Shown one piece after another: positions 48,621 to 61,716 of a stretch of DNA of 64,000 nt. The DNA lies in the NCBI RefSeq assembly GCF_001949145.1, contig NW_019091356.1, forward strand, positions 3,764,934 through 3,828,933, read 5' to 3'. The notes beneath the pieces are model-generated. The model did not search any database and was not told where the DNA came from. It saw nothing but the letters and a program-made list of their open reading frames with translations. Every line of letters begins with the position of its first letter. The stretch's first letter is position 1. The DNA comes from Acanthaster planci. Its lineage: Eukaryota. The position numbers and the translations under genes were made by a program.

Positions 48621-49548
48621 GATTTGCTCATCTGGACGTCCTCAAATCACCGGTATTCTTGGTTTTGAAATAGACCTGAGTGATTTTGCGCAATGGTAGA
48701 AAGGCATTTATGGGAAGTAAAAAGGAGCAAACATTGCCTTCTTCCTTCCCACAGTACCTTTCTACTTAAATTGTGCAAAATTACCCATGTTGTATTAGCA
48801 ATAAGGCTTATTCTGAGCTCCATGAAGAATTGCCTCTTTTCATCTTTCGGCAACATCCCCCAAATATTGAAAGAGGCAATTCATAGACATTAGAATGCCA
48901 CTCAGACTAGGCCCAGCCTCGGCTTGGGCCTAGCAGTAGCAACAAGCATGCCTAGCATTCTGGCGTGGATCACCTAGACTGTCCTACTCATTGAATTTTG
49001 TCATGATGTTATCTTTCACCATGCGGTTGCGTACCTCCAGAACTGTGTGGTCTGACATCCGCCCTGCTTGTGGAGATGGGGTGGATGTCTGACCCCATGC
49101 AGTTCTGGGGGTAGCAGTCATGATGTTCACCGATTTAAACCTCACAATGATCACAGTCATGAGAACATGTCGTTATCATGGTTAACAATGTCATGTGGCA
49201 AGAAAATTGCTTAATTTAAAAAAATTCATGAAAAAATAGTCATTGTTCTAAACATGCTCAGTGCAAAGTGCAAGAGCTTTGATCCACCATAGTTACATCC
49301 CTTCAGAAAATCACCCAGGCAACCCAAGATATTTCTTCATTAATATAACTTAGCAGTTGTTACTTGCTCAGTCGTATGTAAGGCATGAGTTGAGGTACTT
49401 AATGCAAAAAGTGCAATTAATGAAGCTTCAAGTTTGGTCTCTTTTCTCCACAGCTTTTCTGCCAGTTTACAGTCCATTGGGGTTTGTGCAATACGATGTA
49501 CATGTACTGTGTTTTCTAAACAAATATTTCACCAAGTAGGTCAAAAGC

Positions 49549-52396
49549 ATGAATGCAGATTTAGGATGCAGCACTGGAATGACACTTCAAAGCTGTAAGC
49601 CAGTACTCTGCATTGATGATGTCAAGACTCTACTTTGTCAACGGTATGGCATTGAGACCGCCGACGTGAAGGAGTTCGAGAGCTATGACGATCGGACCTA
49701 CTACGTGAAGACCAAACTGGGCTGCGGGATAGGCGAGGGGTCAGAGTTCATCGCCAAGGTTCTGAACTCCCAGAACACGGCCCTGCAGGGCGTGGTAGCC
49801 ACACATACAGATGTCATGAACCATCTAAAGTCCTTCCCAGAGCTGTGCTGCCAGTTTGCTTTGCCCAACTTGGATGGCGACCTGCTCAGCTATGAGATAA
49901 TACCAAATGACATGCGGGATGGTTGGTACCCAGTTAACACCAGTATGAGTGTATATAAAGGGTTTTCAAGGCTGCCATCTTGCAGGCCATTTCTTTTGCT
50001 CCATAGGGTATGCAGTGCATGGACGGGGTTTCCTTGTGAAGCAAAAGAACTGCCCTGCAAGATGGCCACCATGCAAAGCCTCTATAGCACAGTAACACCA
50101 CCACAGGCCTGTGAGCTGTTGATATCACCCTCTGTTCACATGTGCACACTCCGATGGAACCACTGGGGCCCACGATCCACTGGGCACCATGTGAAAGCAC
50201 ACACATACAGAGACCTCTGCCATAACTAAGTTTTCTGCCATTGTCATCTATTTACAAGCCAATGTTAGGCTCGGACTTTTCCATTTCCTCTCCCAGTGCC
50301 ATCCTAACTGATGACTGAAATTCTCCTTTTTCCCTCTCTCAGGGGATAGGTTAATCGGCAGAGAGGAAGGATTGTCTGCTCTGCGTCTTTTCGACTTTAT
50401 GCCAGGCAAACCACTGAATACTTTTTCACCACTGTCGCCGAGATTCTGTTTTGAGGCTGGAGTTCACCTTGGAAAACTGCAGCAAGCTCTCCAGGTACAT
50501 GCATCAGGAAGCCTGTCAACATTTGTGGCAAACTGGGGGGGTTTGGTCTTCTAGTTGACTTGAGATAAGCCTAGAAATATGTGGTCTCTTGAAAACCTTG
50601 TCATCTCCAACTTTAGCGCCAGATTGCAGTTCCATGATCTCACTGCTACTCGGTGTCTTTCCACAGATTGAAACTCCAGACAGAGCTGGGATCAAGATAG
50701 CACCATCTTTTTTGCAACTTTGTCACGTCTCGTTTCTTTACTCCAGGAGTACCCTGGGGACACGAAGCCCCTGAAGTTAAAAGCATCGGTGTGGCAGTGG
50801 AATGTGTCGCTGCTTCCCAGACTGAGAAATCTTCTACCACTCGTTGTGGATATCCAGAAACGACGGCTGGTGGAGGAGGTTATCGATAAGTTTGAGGCAA
50901 CCGTGGTGCCCTCCATGGCTGACCTGAGGCAAGGTAGGTTGGAAAACTATGGCAATGGGTCAAGAACGTGATAGCTTTGTCAGCATTCAACCACGTTTCA
51001 GAGTTTGGAAATATTGAGCATTCGGTGATATACTCCTTGTATGCCATATTGTCTGTAAGTCACAGTGCACCTCAGTAAATATAGTCCCATAGACATCAGT
51101 GATAAATTACTTTGACATTCTTTTAAAAATATTCACAACTCTCACAGGTGTCCAGGCTGCACAGAAATATGATGATTGACATATGTTGTCTTTCAGTTTC
51201 CTTTCAGTTTTGCGTAGGTTGACAATTAGATTTGAGAAATTCTCACCCAAAGCAGACCACCCTGAAAAGGAAGGATATTTCCCTGACTGGCAAAGTAGCC
51301 ATTCTTAAAAGCATCCCTTTGCAAAATGGCTATTATGGTGCATCCAAATTGCTCAGAAATGGAAGCAGTAATTCCAGGCCAGAGGTCCAGTTCTATATTT
51401 CTTCAATTCCCGAATTCTAGGACTCTCAGAACTTCATAAAATGGAACATTTTTAGTGTGTAATGTTTATTAATGAGCTCGGTGGATGGATTTTGGTCCTG
51501 GTAGCGTGGATGCACCCGTAATGTTGATGACTGCAGCATTAGTAGTGCTTGTAGTCAGGGAACTGGACCACCTGTGAATTTAAAAAGTGCTCTATGACTG
51601 CGGTTATGGCTGAATCACTTGGCTGTGGCATGTAAGTACACACGAGTCTATGGCAGTGGCTGCAGCCACTTCCCATTGAGACGTGTGCGACTTCAAGCCG
51701 CAGCCAAGTGATCTGGACATGGCCCAAGTCTAGGGCTAGTACTTTGAAAAACATTGGAGAAGTAGCTGGCTGTTTTTACACCGAGGACTATTCGGTCTAC
51801 AGGTGCATTTGTTGAATATTGTCAAGTGTGTTTATAGGCAACTTGTTGGAATTTAATATTTATGGGGGTAAGTTGCAGGAAACCGTGAATATGATTTGAT
51901 TGGTTTATACATAGGTATCCTCTACAACGACTTCAACGGGGACAATGTGCTGGTCATTGCTGCAGCTGCGGAGACCGGTGATTGCAGTGGTACCAACTGT
52001 TTGATGACCAATAGCATTGTCCGGATATCTGGCGTGATTGACTTCGATGACATCTTACATGCCTACCTTGTTTATGAAATAGCCATCGGCATGATGTACA
52101 TGATGTTTTGTAGCGATGAACCAGTCGCAGCAGCTGCGTACATGCTCACCGGGTTTGAGACAGTCTCCCCGCTACCTCACAACGAGCGCCAACTGTTGCG
52201 AGTTTTGGTCGGCAGTCGCCTCGCCCAGTCGCTCTTGATCTCCACGCTACAGACCAAGAACCACCCCGACAATAAATACGTGGCCAGCTCCCTCATCAAG
52301 GGGTGGAGCCTGCTGGAGGAATGGTGGGGCAGAACCGAGGCCCAACTGCAGGAATTGTGGGATAGCGTTAGGGTAAGATGCACCGGACAGCTTTAG
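49549..52396 (+). CDS. HYKK: Hydroxylysine kinase-like protein (APH/choline-kinase fold), copy 1, ~397 aa
   Basis: Exons 49549-49921, 50343-50494, 50747-50933 and 51915-52396. Motifs ESYDDRTY, FIAKVLN, LRLFDFMPG, GILYNDFNGDNVL, ISGVIDFDD, YEIAIGMMYM, RLAQSL..HPDNKY. Confidence 0.88.
51602..51724. mobile_element. Degenerate Harbinger-type MITE in HYKK copy 1 intron 3
   Basis: Inverted arms GGTTATGGCTGAATCACTTGGCTGTGGC / GCCGCAGCCAAGTGATCTGGACATGGCC. The terminus GGCCATGTCC is shared with the 26771 family. Confidence 0.65.
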
Positions 52397-53604
52397 AACT
52401 TCGGAGTTTGGTTCTTTGGATGAACTTTCCGAAGAAGTGTCCCCCTCATATCACAGCAAAACCTGAAAGTATTTGTGTTTTTTGCTCTGATTTATACAAG
52501 GTTTGGGGATTCTCAAAAGTTTGTGGAAAGATAGACAAGAGCACTTGCTTCTACGTGTCTATTTGGGAAACACTTTGAAAACAGTACCTGTACTTCCTAA
52601 TTTATTAATTTTTAAGGTTCTACTTCACTTACAGGGTTATCCAAAACTTCACATAAAAACCACAAAACCTCTTGGGAACGAATAGCCAGCGGCAAACAAA
52701 ATGGGTAAATAGTTACTTGTACATGTAGTTCACTGGGCATTTATGTATGGCGGGTTTCAGCCAATCGTAACTTAGTGCGTTGGAGTTTTGAAAGTGAGGC
52801 AAAAGAGACGGGAAGGGGATTCAGTCAAAACTACCTGGAATAACAGTACGCAGAAGTGGACAACAGATTTGACTCGGGGGGGGGGCCTTTGACTACCCGA
52901 GAAATTGCCTTGCAGATGAGGTTTGATGGTCTGTGTAAAAACAGGTGGGCAGAGGCGCACTAGAAGATGAATCCTGTTTAGAATTGCATTCATCACATTG
53001 TGTGATATCTTCAGGGATTTAAGCTTCTGCTTTTGACTGTGTAAATGAGCCAACTGCCTGTAGATAATTTTTTTGTTTTGCTTTTTTTTTATTTTAATAA
53101 ACTCCTCCTGTACAGTCGCCGTGCAGTCACTTCTTCAATGAAACCCCCAAAATCTATGAACAAAACCGATCTCAACATTTCCATTTTCATTCCTGAGATG
53201 TATCACCAAAGACTTAACCTTTAGTTTGCTTTGAGGAAATCTGTCAGTTCAAGTTCAGTGTGACCAATATTTGTTTTGTTTTTGTTTTTTGTACCAAATT
53301 TGCAAACTTGATGTTTCACCCCAACAATACTGTCCTCTGTAGTGTGCTTGGGTGCTTGGTTTAACCAGCACCTGTTAATGCTGCACATAACTAGGAACCA
53401 GACAGGTGACAGTGAAGTGATTTGAAGGTTGCCAGAATAGTGCAAATGTGCCTCATTTTTACTTCCAGGAGTTTTCCATATTGGTTCTTTGTATGAATGC
53501 CTGAGAAAGCATGTTCATTTCAGGTGAACAAAAACTTGCTATAATGTAACAGAGCTGAGCGTGTCTTTCAGTTTTCTTCCCCTATTTGCCATGAAATACC
53601 ATTT

Positions 53605-54120
53605 AGTTTTGTCTGAGTGGAAAACCCTTTCTTGTCGTGTCCCTCAGGGCACAAAACTTGGCCCTATGATATTTTTGGCAGTTATCAATAATGCTGCTGA
53701 AGGATATGATTACGTCTCATATGTAGATGCATCTAATTCATGAGGCCTCCAATCTTTGGAAGACAGAAGACATCATCTCTGCTCCCAGTTCACTAATAAA
53801 TGTATAAAATCCAACAGATATGCAAATGGGTTTCCCCAAAATATCAGTGCCCACAGTATGTCTCTCAGAAATTCCAATAATTACCAGATCCCTCATTACA
53901 AAACCAACAGATATGGTGACTGTGCAATACCCTTTCTGTCAAAGCTTCTTAATCAAATTACCTAACAAACTTTTTTATGGACTCTTGTGTAGTTTTGTGT
54001 TTTTCCTTTTGTTTTTACTATTTTTTTCATATTTTGTGATTTTTATTTGTAATTTTGTATGAATGTAAAAACCATATAAATGCTGCGCATTGGTTGAATA
54101 AATATGAATGTGAATATAAA
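53605..54120 (+). mobile_element. Internally deleted CR1-group LINE fragment (RT piece plus ORF2 C-terminus and 3' UTR)
   Basis: SEWKTLSCRVPQGTKLGPMIFLAVINN..YVD (RT motifs) is joined to LEDRRHHLC...LRN....PHYKTNRY..CAIPFLSKLLN, then a T-rich UTR, AATAAA and a short repeat tail. Confidence 0.85.
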
Positions 54121-55868
54121 TGATACCTTGGGGTACTTGGCTTAGCCCAGTGCAGATTGAATATGATGATGTGAAAGATTTGTAGTGAACTTGTAGCTTA
54201 GTTGGAATAATACATTCAGCCTTTATGAATTTGCTGCATTATGTTTGTGTAAAAGTTATGGATTTATGTTTGTAACATTTTATGTAAAATTGAATTCTAC
54301 CTTTACTCGTATATTTTGTATCAGTTGAGTTCATACTGGTATTTCTAAAATATTCCTCTTTGTTTTTGGTGGTGAAAGACATTTCTATACTTCATTTCCC
54401 AGATCTGCTCTATCCTGGCAAAAATGTTTCTGGTTTCCATTTGAATGATTAGACATAACATCCATTGCCTCCTGATATAATTTTTTGATTTAGTTTTGTT
54501 ACATTCCCAAGAAGTACAAACTAAAACAGTTGTGTGATAATTCAGGATTTGAATTCAGAGCATAAAGTTGGCAATTTTGAAATTGGAGGGGTTTACAAGC
54601 AGCATAAAGAGTGACTTTTGGTACAATAAAATAGCGTCACCACTCCATTTTGCTTATTTTCAATAAGCCAACAGTATTGTGTAACTTATTTGTACGTGTA
54701 TATTGGAACTAGCATTGATTGTTCTAAATAGTTGTCCAAAGGTTATTTGCATGATATGATAGCAGCTGATAATAGTTTATTGAAATTTGTTTCTTATCTA
54801 GCAGCTTCTTACTATATGTATGCCATTTTTTGCCCTTGGGAGTTGCAGCAGAGCCTTACTTTTTTTTCTGTTGCTTCCAATTTATCAAATTGTCAGAGTT
54901 TCTCAATTCTGCCACTCAACGTTTCATTTGTCTCTTTGCCACTTTAATTTTGTATACATGTATGTTTCAAATAATTTCTTGCAGCTATAAAAGAAATGTG
55001 TGTGACTCTGGAAAGCAATAAAAAAGCTATTTTGACAAAATAATTAAAACAAGAAACCACTTCATTTGCCCCATTTTTATGTATTGTAAGATTATAATCG
55101 TTACTGCATACCCTACATTAATGTTCCTTCGGAACACATTCCCCAAATTCTCCAAACTCGCCATCTTGCTGTTAGAAAACACTGTTTCTCATTCATCCAC
55201 TGTTATTTTATCTGTGAACTGCATTTATTTTAAATTTGCCCTCTTCTTCCTGATATTACACACGTTGTGTGTCTCCCAAAATTTCCCGCCTGCAAGGTTG
55301 TGTTTACCTACATTGCACTCTTGAGCAAAGAGGTTGGTTTGGATGCACAAACATAGTTTGTCCCCTCCCCTTTTTGAAAATCATTTCCTTTTGCCTCATG
55401 TTGCCCCTCCTAATTTATATCTTGTCTCGCTGTGAGCCACTGCAGACAGTGCTCAAAATTGCAAAAAGTTGCAGAAATAAAAAAGGACAACAAAATCAAA
55501 ACAAAATATCTTTGCTTTGTCTCGCAGGACTTTATGCATTTTGTCACATTCTCGTTTCTTATCGGCTATAAATATAGTTGATATACAGAGTGCCAAATGT
55601 TCAGTGCAAAAATTCACATGACCATTGGGGGAAATGTATTGTGAGGAAACAAGGCTGTGTTTTGGTGGGCCATTTACGTCTGGTTGTTTGCCGCTGCACT
55701 GCAGAATGTTCCCCATAAATTTCTTTGGCGGAACAGTTTAATTAAAGATAACATCGCATGTAATTTCACGGATCATTTATGGAACAAGTTTAATTTTGCT
55801 TGTATTGTTAGCGATGTCAATTTGCGAATGCGCTCATCCTTCTGGCATGGAGGAATCGAGACCCGTAA

Positions 55869-56160
55869 ACAGAGCCCAACGAATACTCCTTAATCCCGAT
55901 TAACTAGGGATTTCTTTCGAAAACGGCCAAAAAATACAATATTTTTTTCCTCAAATGAGGAAAGGGCGAGTTTTCTACAATTAACAACCTAGCGGATGGT
56001 TTACACCGTAAGTAGTGAACATACCGGTGCAATTTCAGCTCATGAAATCAAGCGGATGTTTAGTTATGCCCCCAGATATCCGGGATAACTTTTTCGAAAG
56101 AAATCCCCATGAATCGGGAGAGTGCCCAGGATACGACGGAGGCGTATCGTCGGGCCCTGT
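55869..56160. mobile_element. Non-autonomous DNA transposon with terminal and subterminal inverted repeats
   Basis: Terminal pair ACAGAGCCCAACGAATAC / GTATCGTCGGGCCCTGT and subterminal pair TCCCGATT..GGGATTTCTTTCGAAA / TTTCGAAAGAAATCCC..AATCGGGA. Flanks are GTAA/TTAA. Confidence 0.7.
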
Positions 56161-57205
56161 TTAAAAGGAGGAACCAAAGAACACAGGTCAAAGCTCAACG
56201 GGGACGTTCAAACATGTTACATGTAATGATGTACAGTACATATGGTGTTCCATATGTGCCATCTGGTCGCAATGTATATGTATGTGGTCAGTTGATGACG
56301 CTTCGAATTCCATATCTACGAAAGGCCTTGACGAAAGGCTAGTCGTGCACAGGCGCGACCTCCTTGGACATACATGGACATTGTACATTTTGGCCTATTC
56401 CAGTCGACAGCTGGAGTTTGCCCAGCAGCTTCTCTCGGATTGTTGGATTCTCAGACAGGTAACGAGAAGCTGTAAAGCTAGTTTAATTAAAAATATGTGT
56501 AAAGGGGGATAATCAAGGGGCAGTGAGATTGGAAACTTTTACTCCGGCCATTTCTTTTGTGGCTTGTCACAGGTTTTGCTCCCTTGCACCTGAAAGATCA
56601 TTGCATCCCAGCCAAGACCCTACACCGGAACATTACACGTACCGCATTTCTTGCACGGAGGAAGGAAAGTGCAAGCCGATTCTAAAAGTTGATGGAAGAA
56701 ACAAGGTTTCTAGTGGGGATTGTAAATTTGTAAACTTTTAAATTCACCCTGGGATTGTTGGCCTAGATCATAGATGACTGTGACGTCATGCTCAATAAGG
56801 TTGATGCTGTCAAAAATGGGCAGGGTTGAGGGGAAAGTCTGAATGTTTTAACACAGGACACATATTTCAGAATTCTTCTCTATATTTCTGACTATTCTCC
56901 GCACTGCCAGCCTATTGTATTGCAGTCATTATATTGCAGGGGTCTGCACCGTATAAATAATTCTTACTGGTATCCCCCCTTCAAAAAATGCTGCCAAATT
57001 TATCCTATTATATCTAGTTTTGTCTTTTATTTCTGTGACAAAGTTAGTCCCAGATATCTTAATCTTTCAGCAGATTTAGCCACAGAGATATAATTTATAT
57101 ATTTACACCCCCATAATGTATATTACTTTAATTTTCAGAAAGTCTGTGTACCTTTAAGAGAAATTACATCTTTTGTGACTTTTCAATTGCTGTTGTAGAT
57201 ACAAG

Positions 57206-59877
57206 ATGGACGCTCCTTGCATCTCAGGGACGGTTCCAAAACCTTACGTCACTGAGAAGGAGGTGGAGCAGCTGCTAGCTAGGCTCTACTCCCTCCAAGC
57301 TATCCAGATTAAAGAACTGCCCAGTTACGAAGACAGGACATTTTTCTTGAGGACGGTACCCGACAAAGGGCTCAACGGACAGACCCAGTTCATCCTAAAA
57401 GTCCTGAACGCTGAGATAACCTCGCAGCTCCCCAGTGCCGTCGCAGTGCAGATGGAGATTTTGGACTACCTAAAGGGATTTCCGCAGCTGAAATGCCAGG
57501 TTCCAGTGACGACCATGGAGGGCAAACTGCTAAGTTATGAGATGCTTAGGAATGACTGGAAAAATGGTATCTTCTCTATTTTTCCCCTTTAAACAAAAAT
57601 CTATTTCATGTTCATGTTGAATCCGTGCAGTTGTCAAAGAGGAAACTCTGACGAATTCAATAAATATTCCCCGTGACTACAAATGCTGTATTATCATTAT
57701 TGCGTTGCTATCAAGTTGAAATCTTTTTTTGTATTATTGCTGATATTGGATGTCTGGGAAATATTCAGGAAAAAAATATGTACATGTATGGGCTTTCTAA
57801 ATCCCCATTTTGCCAAGGCCCTTTCATAAATTTAAAGGTTATGTGGGGATAGTTTGATGTTTACAGTCATTCTTGCATGGGTACAAGTATAAAGAATACA
57901 CTCAAGGGCGACTGCTAGCAAAAAAGGAGAAATTAATGCATTCAAAGATATTTACAAGTAGTATTGTATTTGAGTCCATCACAAGTCCCTGCAAGTCCTG
58001 GAACTTGTGACTGGACTTGTGAAGGGTTTTGTGAAAGGACTTGTGTTTATTTACAAGCAAGTTTACAATCAGCTGTATGGATTTGCTTTACAGACTGTAT
58101 TTTGACTGTGCATTGTGAATTTCTTACAGGGGATGGTGTGGTCAGACATCAAGATGCCTTGTCAGCAGTGCGAATGTTCTATTATCTTCCAGGGCAATCC
58201 TTGGACAATCTGGCCCCATTGCCACCCCCATTCTTGTACAAAGTGGGTCAGCACATTGGTCATTTACAGCAGGTGTTACAGGTGACCACGGCGTTAACCT
58301 TTTTTTAAGGGCAATTAAAAGTTTAGTGAGCTTACCTTCCTATAGTCTCTGGCATGGAGCTTAGTCAAAGAGCCTTTTATCAAACTTTTTTCCAGATTCC
58401 CCTACTTTCCTTAGCAAGTAATTAGTCTTTAATAAATTTAACAAATCCTAGATGTGCATCATTTTTCTGTACAGTCAGTGAAATTTCATTAGTATTGTTT
58501 TCGTTCATCAAGACCATCACAAGTCATGATTCAAGTTATAGAATACCCAAACAAACTGCAAAACAGCATCCCTGTGTTATCTTCACCCTATTTCTTGTGA
58601 TTGGTCCTGTAGTGGTCTCGACATAAGTGTTGTTCATCATGCTCACAAGAAATGGGAGGGGGTGGGATGTGTTGCCACGCCCATCAGTGTGATCGAGCAC
58701 GCTGCTGTGGTAATACCATTTGAGGCTGAACTTGTGTTTGTTAAGCTAACTTTTTGAGTTTCAGCTGAGAGATGAAAAATCCCTTCTGGTTCAGCTCATG
58801 CCTCTCATCTTGCCCCCCTTTTTTACTCATGCCCCACCCCCCAGAACTCAATTCCATGTTGCTTTGTTCACCTTTCCCTGCTACTTAAACAGACTTTCCC
58901 GGGTGATATTGAGCCACTGAAACAGAAAGAGAAAGTGTTCTCGTGGTCGTACAGGAACTTGCTGCATGTCAAACAGCACCTGGGCGTGGTGGAAGATCCT
59001 AGGCAGAGGGCGCTGTTGGAAGATGTGCTTGAAGTGTTTCGGAAGAACGTGGTTCCCATACTAGGAGAGTTAAGGAAAGGTTTGTTGTTTATTTCGGATC
59101 ACAGTCTGTTTTCTCGTTGTCCTGGTCCAGAGGCAACAGGCATGCGACAGATCAACCATAAATTATGCTGACATTTGTAGCTTTTGATGCTGAGTTTTTT
59201 TTCTCTAGGTGTATTAAGCTGCAGAGGTGATCTTTAAATTGGTCAGGAGCAAAATTGATTGAGCCTTAGGTTTAGTTGTATGACAGGGTAGCTTTCAATG
59301 TTTTAACTGTTGTATTTTCTTTTTTCATTTGGACATTTCATTTCAAATCTTCTTTCAGTGTAGCTTTTTGTAAGTCTATGACTTCGTTTGTATTTTTTTC
59401 CACGTTTCAGGCATCGTGGTTCACGACTGTAACAACTTCAACATATTGACCACAGTATGCGAAGCAGGATGTAACACTGACCAAGCTGAAGAGAGGATGA
59501 CGCGTGATTTCCAGATCAGTGGCGTCATCGACTTTGATGAAACGATGCACGCGGCGTTGGTTAATGAGATCGCCATCTCTATGATGTATCTGATGCTGTG
59601 CTGCGATGAACCACTGGAAGGCGCTGCCCACCTTCTCGCTGGGTTTGAGTCGCGCTCTCCTCTCCCTCAGCGGGAGCGCGGCTTGTTGCGAGTTTTGATC
59701 GCCGGAAGATTCGTTCTCTCGTTGGTATACAGTGTGCTATTGGCCAAGCTGCACCCCGAGAATGATTACCTGACTAACACCCAGGGCAAGGGATGGAAAT
59801 GTCTGGAGCTTCTTTGGAAGCAAGGCGAAGAAGACCTCATGAATTATTGGGATCAGATTAGACAGCTCCATGGATAA
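57206..59877 (+). CDS. HYKK: Hydroxylysine kinase-like protein, copy 2 (tandem paralogue), ~388 aa
   Basis: Exons 57206-57566, 58130-58281, 58893-59079 and 59411-59877. The internal exons are 152 and 187 nt, exactly as in copy 1. Motifs LPSYEDRTF, FILKVLN, GIVVHDCNNFNIL, ISGVIDFDE, EIAISMMYLM, HPENDYL. A candidate 5'-UTR donor is at 56458. Confidence 0.88.
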
Positions 59878-61637
59878 AAAAGTGGAAAACCATCAGTCTC
59901 AGTCTCAAGATACCTCAGTAGTCACTAACCTGCGCTGCCACTGCCAAACAATGACTTTAAAAAAGTCACTCACTGGTAAACTGTCCAATTTGAAATATAT
60001 CTGGTTGGCACATACTCTTAAAAAGGCCATTTCAAAATTAATTTTTAGGTTCACATCACTTAGACTGGAACCAAATCCTTCAGGAGAGGAATTTATATTT
60101 ATATTCAAATACGGGAGGCGTCATCGTTGTTAATCGGGAGCCGTGACAGCAGTGGCGTGCTATGGGCATGCGTCTCACACCGGTTGCTGGTTTAAAGTTG
60201 TGCAATGAGTTGGTGAGAAATGTGTCTAGAAAAAAAGTCATGGTGGTCAGTGATGAGAACAGCAAATTGATTTTAAATGGCCGAAGATGAAGTGGCTTGC
60301 CATATAATTTTAGCTGTCCTCCAACACAAAACAATGGAACAGCGCTTCAATGGGCACATCAGCTTGAGGAACGTGTCTATATTTTTACAGTTACAATCTA
60401 AACGACTGAAACGTCAGTGTTTTGCAGTTCGTATTCTAAATTTATTGACGGTGTACCATGTGTGAGGGGAGTTCTGGGAACGACCTTCAGATGTGTGTTC
60501 TGGAAATAAGGTGGGGTCGGTCTCAAGAATTGATAGGGTCACCGTATTGTAACTTTTGGCGCCATCTACCAATTTGAGACAAGATGCTACTGTCACTCTT
60601 TGAGCATTGTGACTTTACTGTGAGCCCAATTTTTTCTCTTTTACCAACTGGTAAAACTTCTTTTTTTATAGACACGCACATCAGTATGTGAACAAAATCC
60701 CCCCCCCAAAATTATGTACCCCAAAAAAGTACTTATTTTGTAAAAATTAAGTTTCAAGGAGAAAGGTAGGCCTACTCAAAGAGCACTTGGCTGATTCCTT
60801 TTTGAGTGTACCTTTTTGTCATAAAAAATTAATTTTTCTTAAAAGGTGATGTGTGAAGTTCATATAATCATTCATATAAGTTTCTGCTTGGTCCATTTTT
60901 TTTCTGCTAGCTTTGTTTCCTCACCAATTCAATAGTTGGTAGAGAACTTGGTACTTAAAAAGTATTCAACTATAACACAAGGCGTATGCTATGAGATCTC
61001 AGGTAGACTCGATGTTTTAGTGCAAATTTTAAACTACACATGTATGCTATGTGCCTGTGTGTGAACCTAACATATATGTGTGTAGCCAGTTGTTAGAAAC
61101 CTGAGAATGTACGGGTACTGTCAATGTCATAAATTTTAGACTTGTATGTTGGTGCACTTTCTAAAATTTTGTTAGGAAATGCCTCAGAAATTGCGCTTTA
61201 GAATTTAGAAAAATGGCATATGAATACTGCAAATCTTTCATACCTTTGTGATCTTCAACAGAGTAAAATTGGCGTAACACCTACAAACGTACAAAGGAAG
61301 CCTTCCCAATTCCGACGCCGCGCGGTACATACAATCTTCAGCAGACGACACTGCTCGTACACCCATTCGACATTTACTAAACAGCGCCCTCGTCAAATTC
61401 TGCTTGCTGTAGTTGTGTTGATATCAAACGTGCATTTGGCTCTATAACTTAATGAGGTAAATTTGAGGATTTATACGTTTCACGTGGGGCATGTTAAAGA
61501 TATATAGTCCCTGTGATGATTAGTCATACTGATGAACGTTCTATTATTACTTACACCAGTGAATTATACCAGTTTCAAAACTTGGCCGAATTTGTCATCG
61601 AATACATGTTCAAATTACAAAAAGTCCCACAGGATGT

Positions 61638-61647
61638 CCGCCATTTT
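61638..61647. promoter_or_regulatory. YY1-type motif near the AKAP9/PCNT-like start
   Basis: CCGCCATTTT about 70 bp upstream of the ATG, in CpG-containing promoter-like DNA. Confidence 0.45.
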
Positions 61648-61716
61648 TAACTTCCACGTCTCCGCTGCTGAACTCGGACACAGTATGGGACAAATTAATG
61701 TGAATTATCTTTGAAA

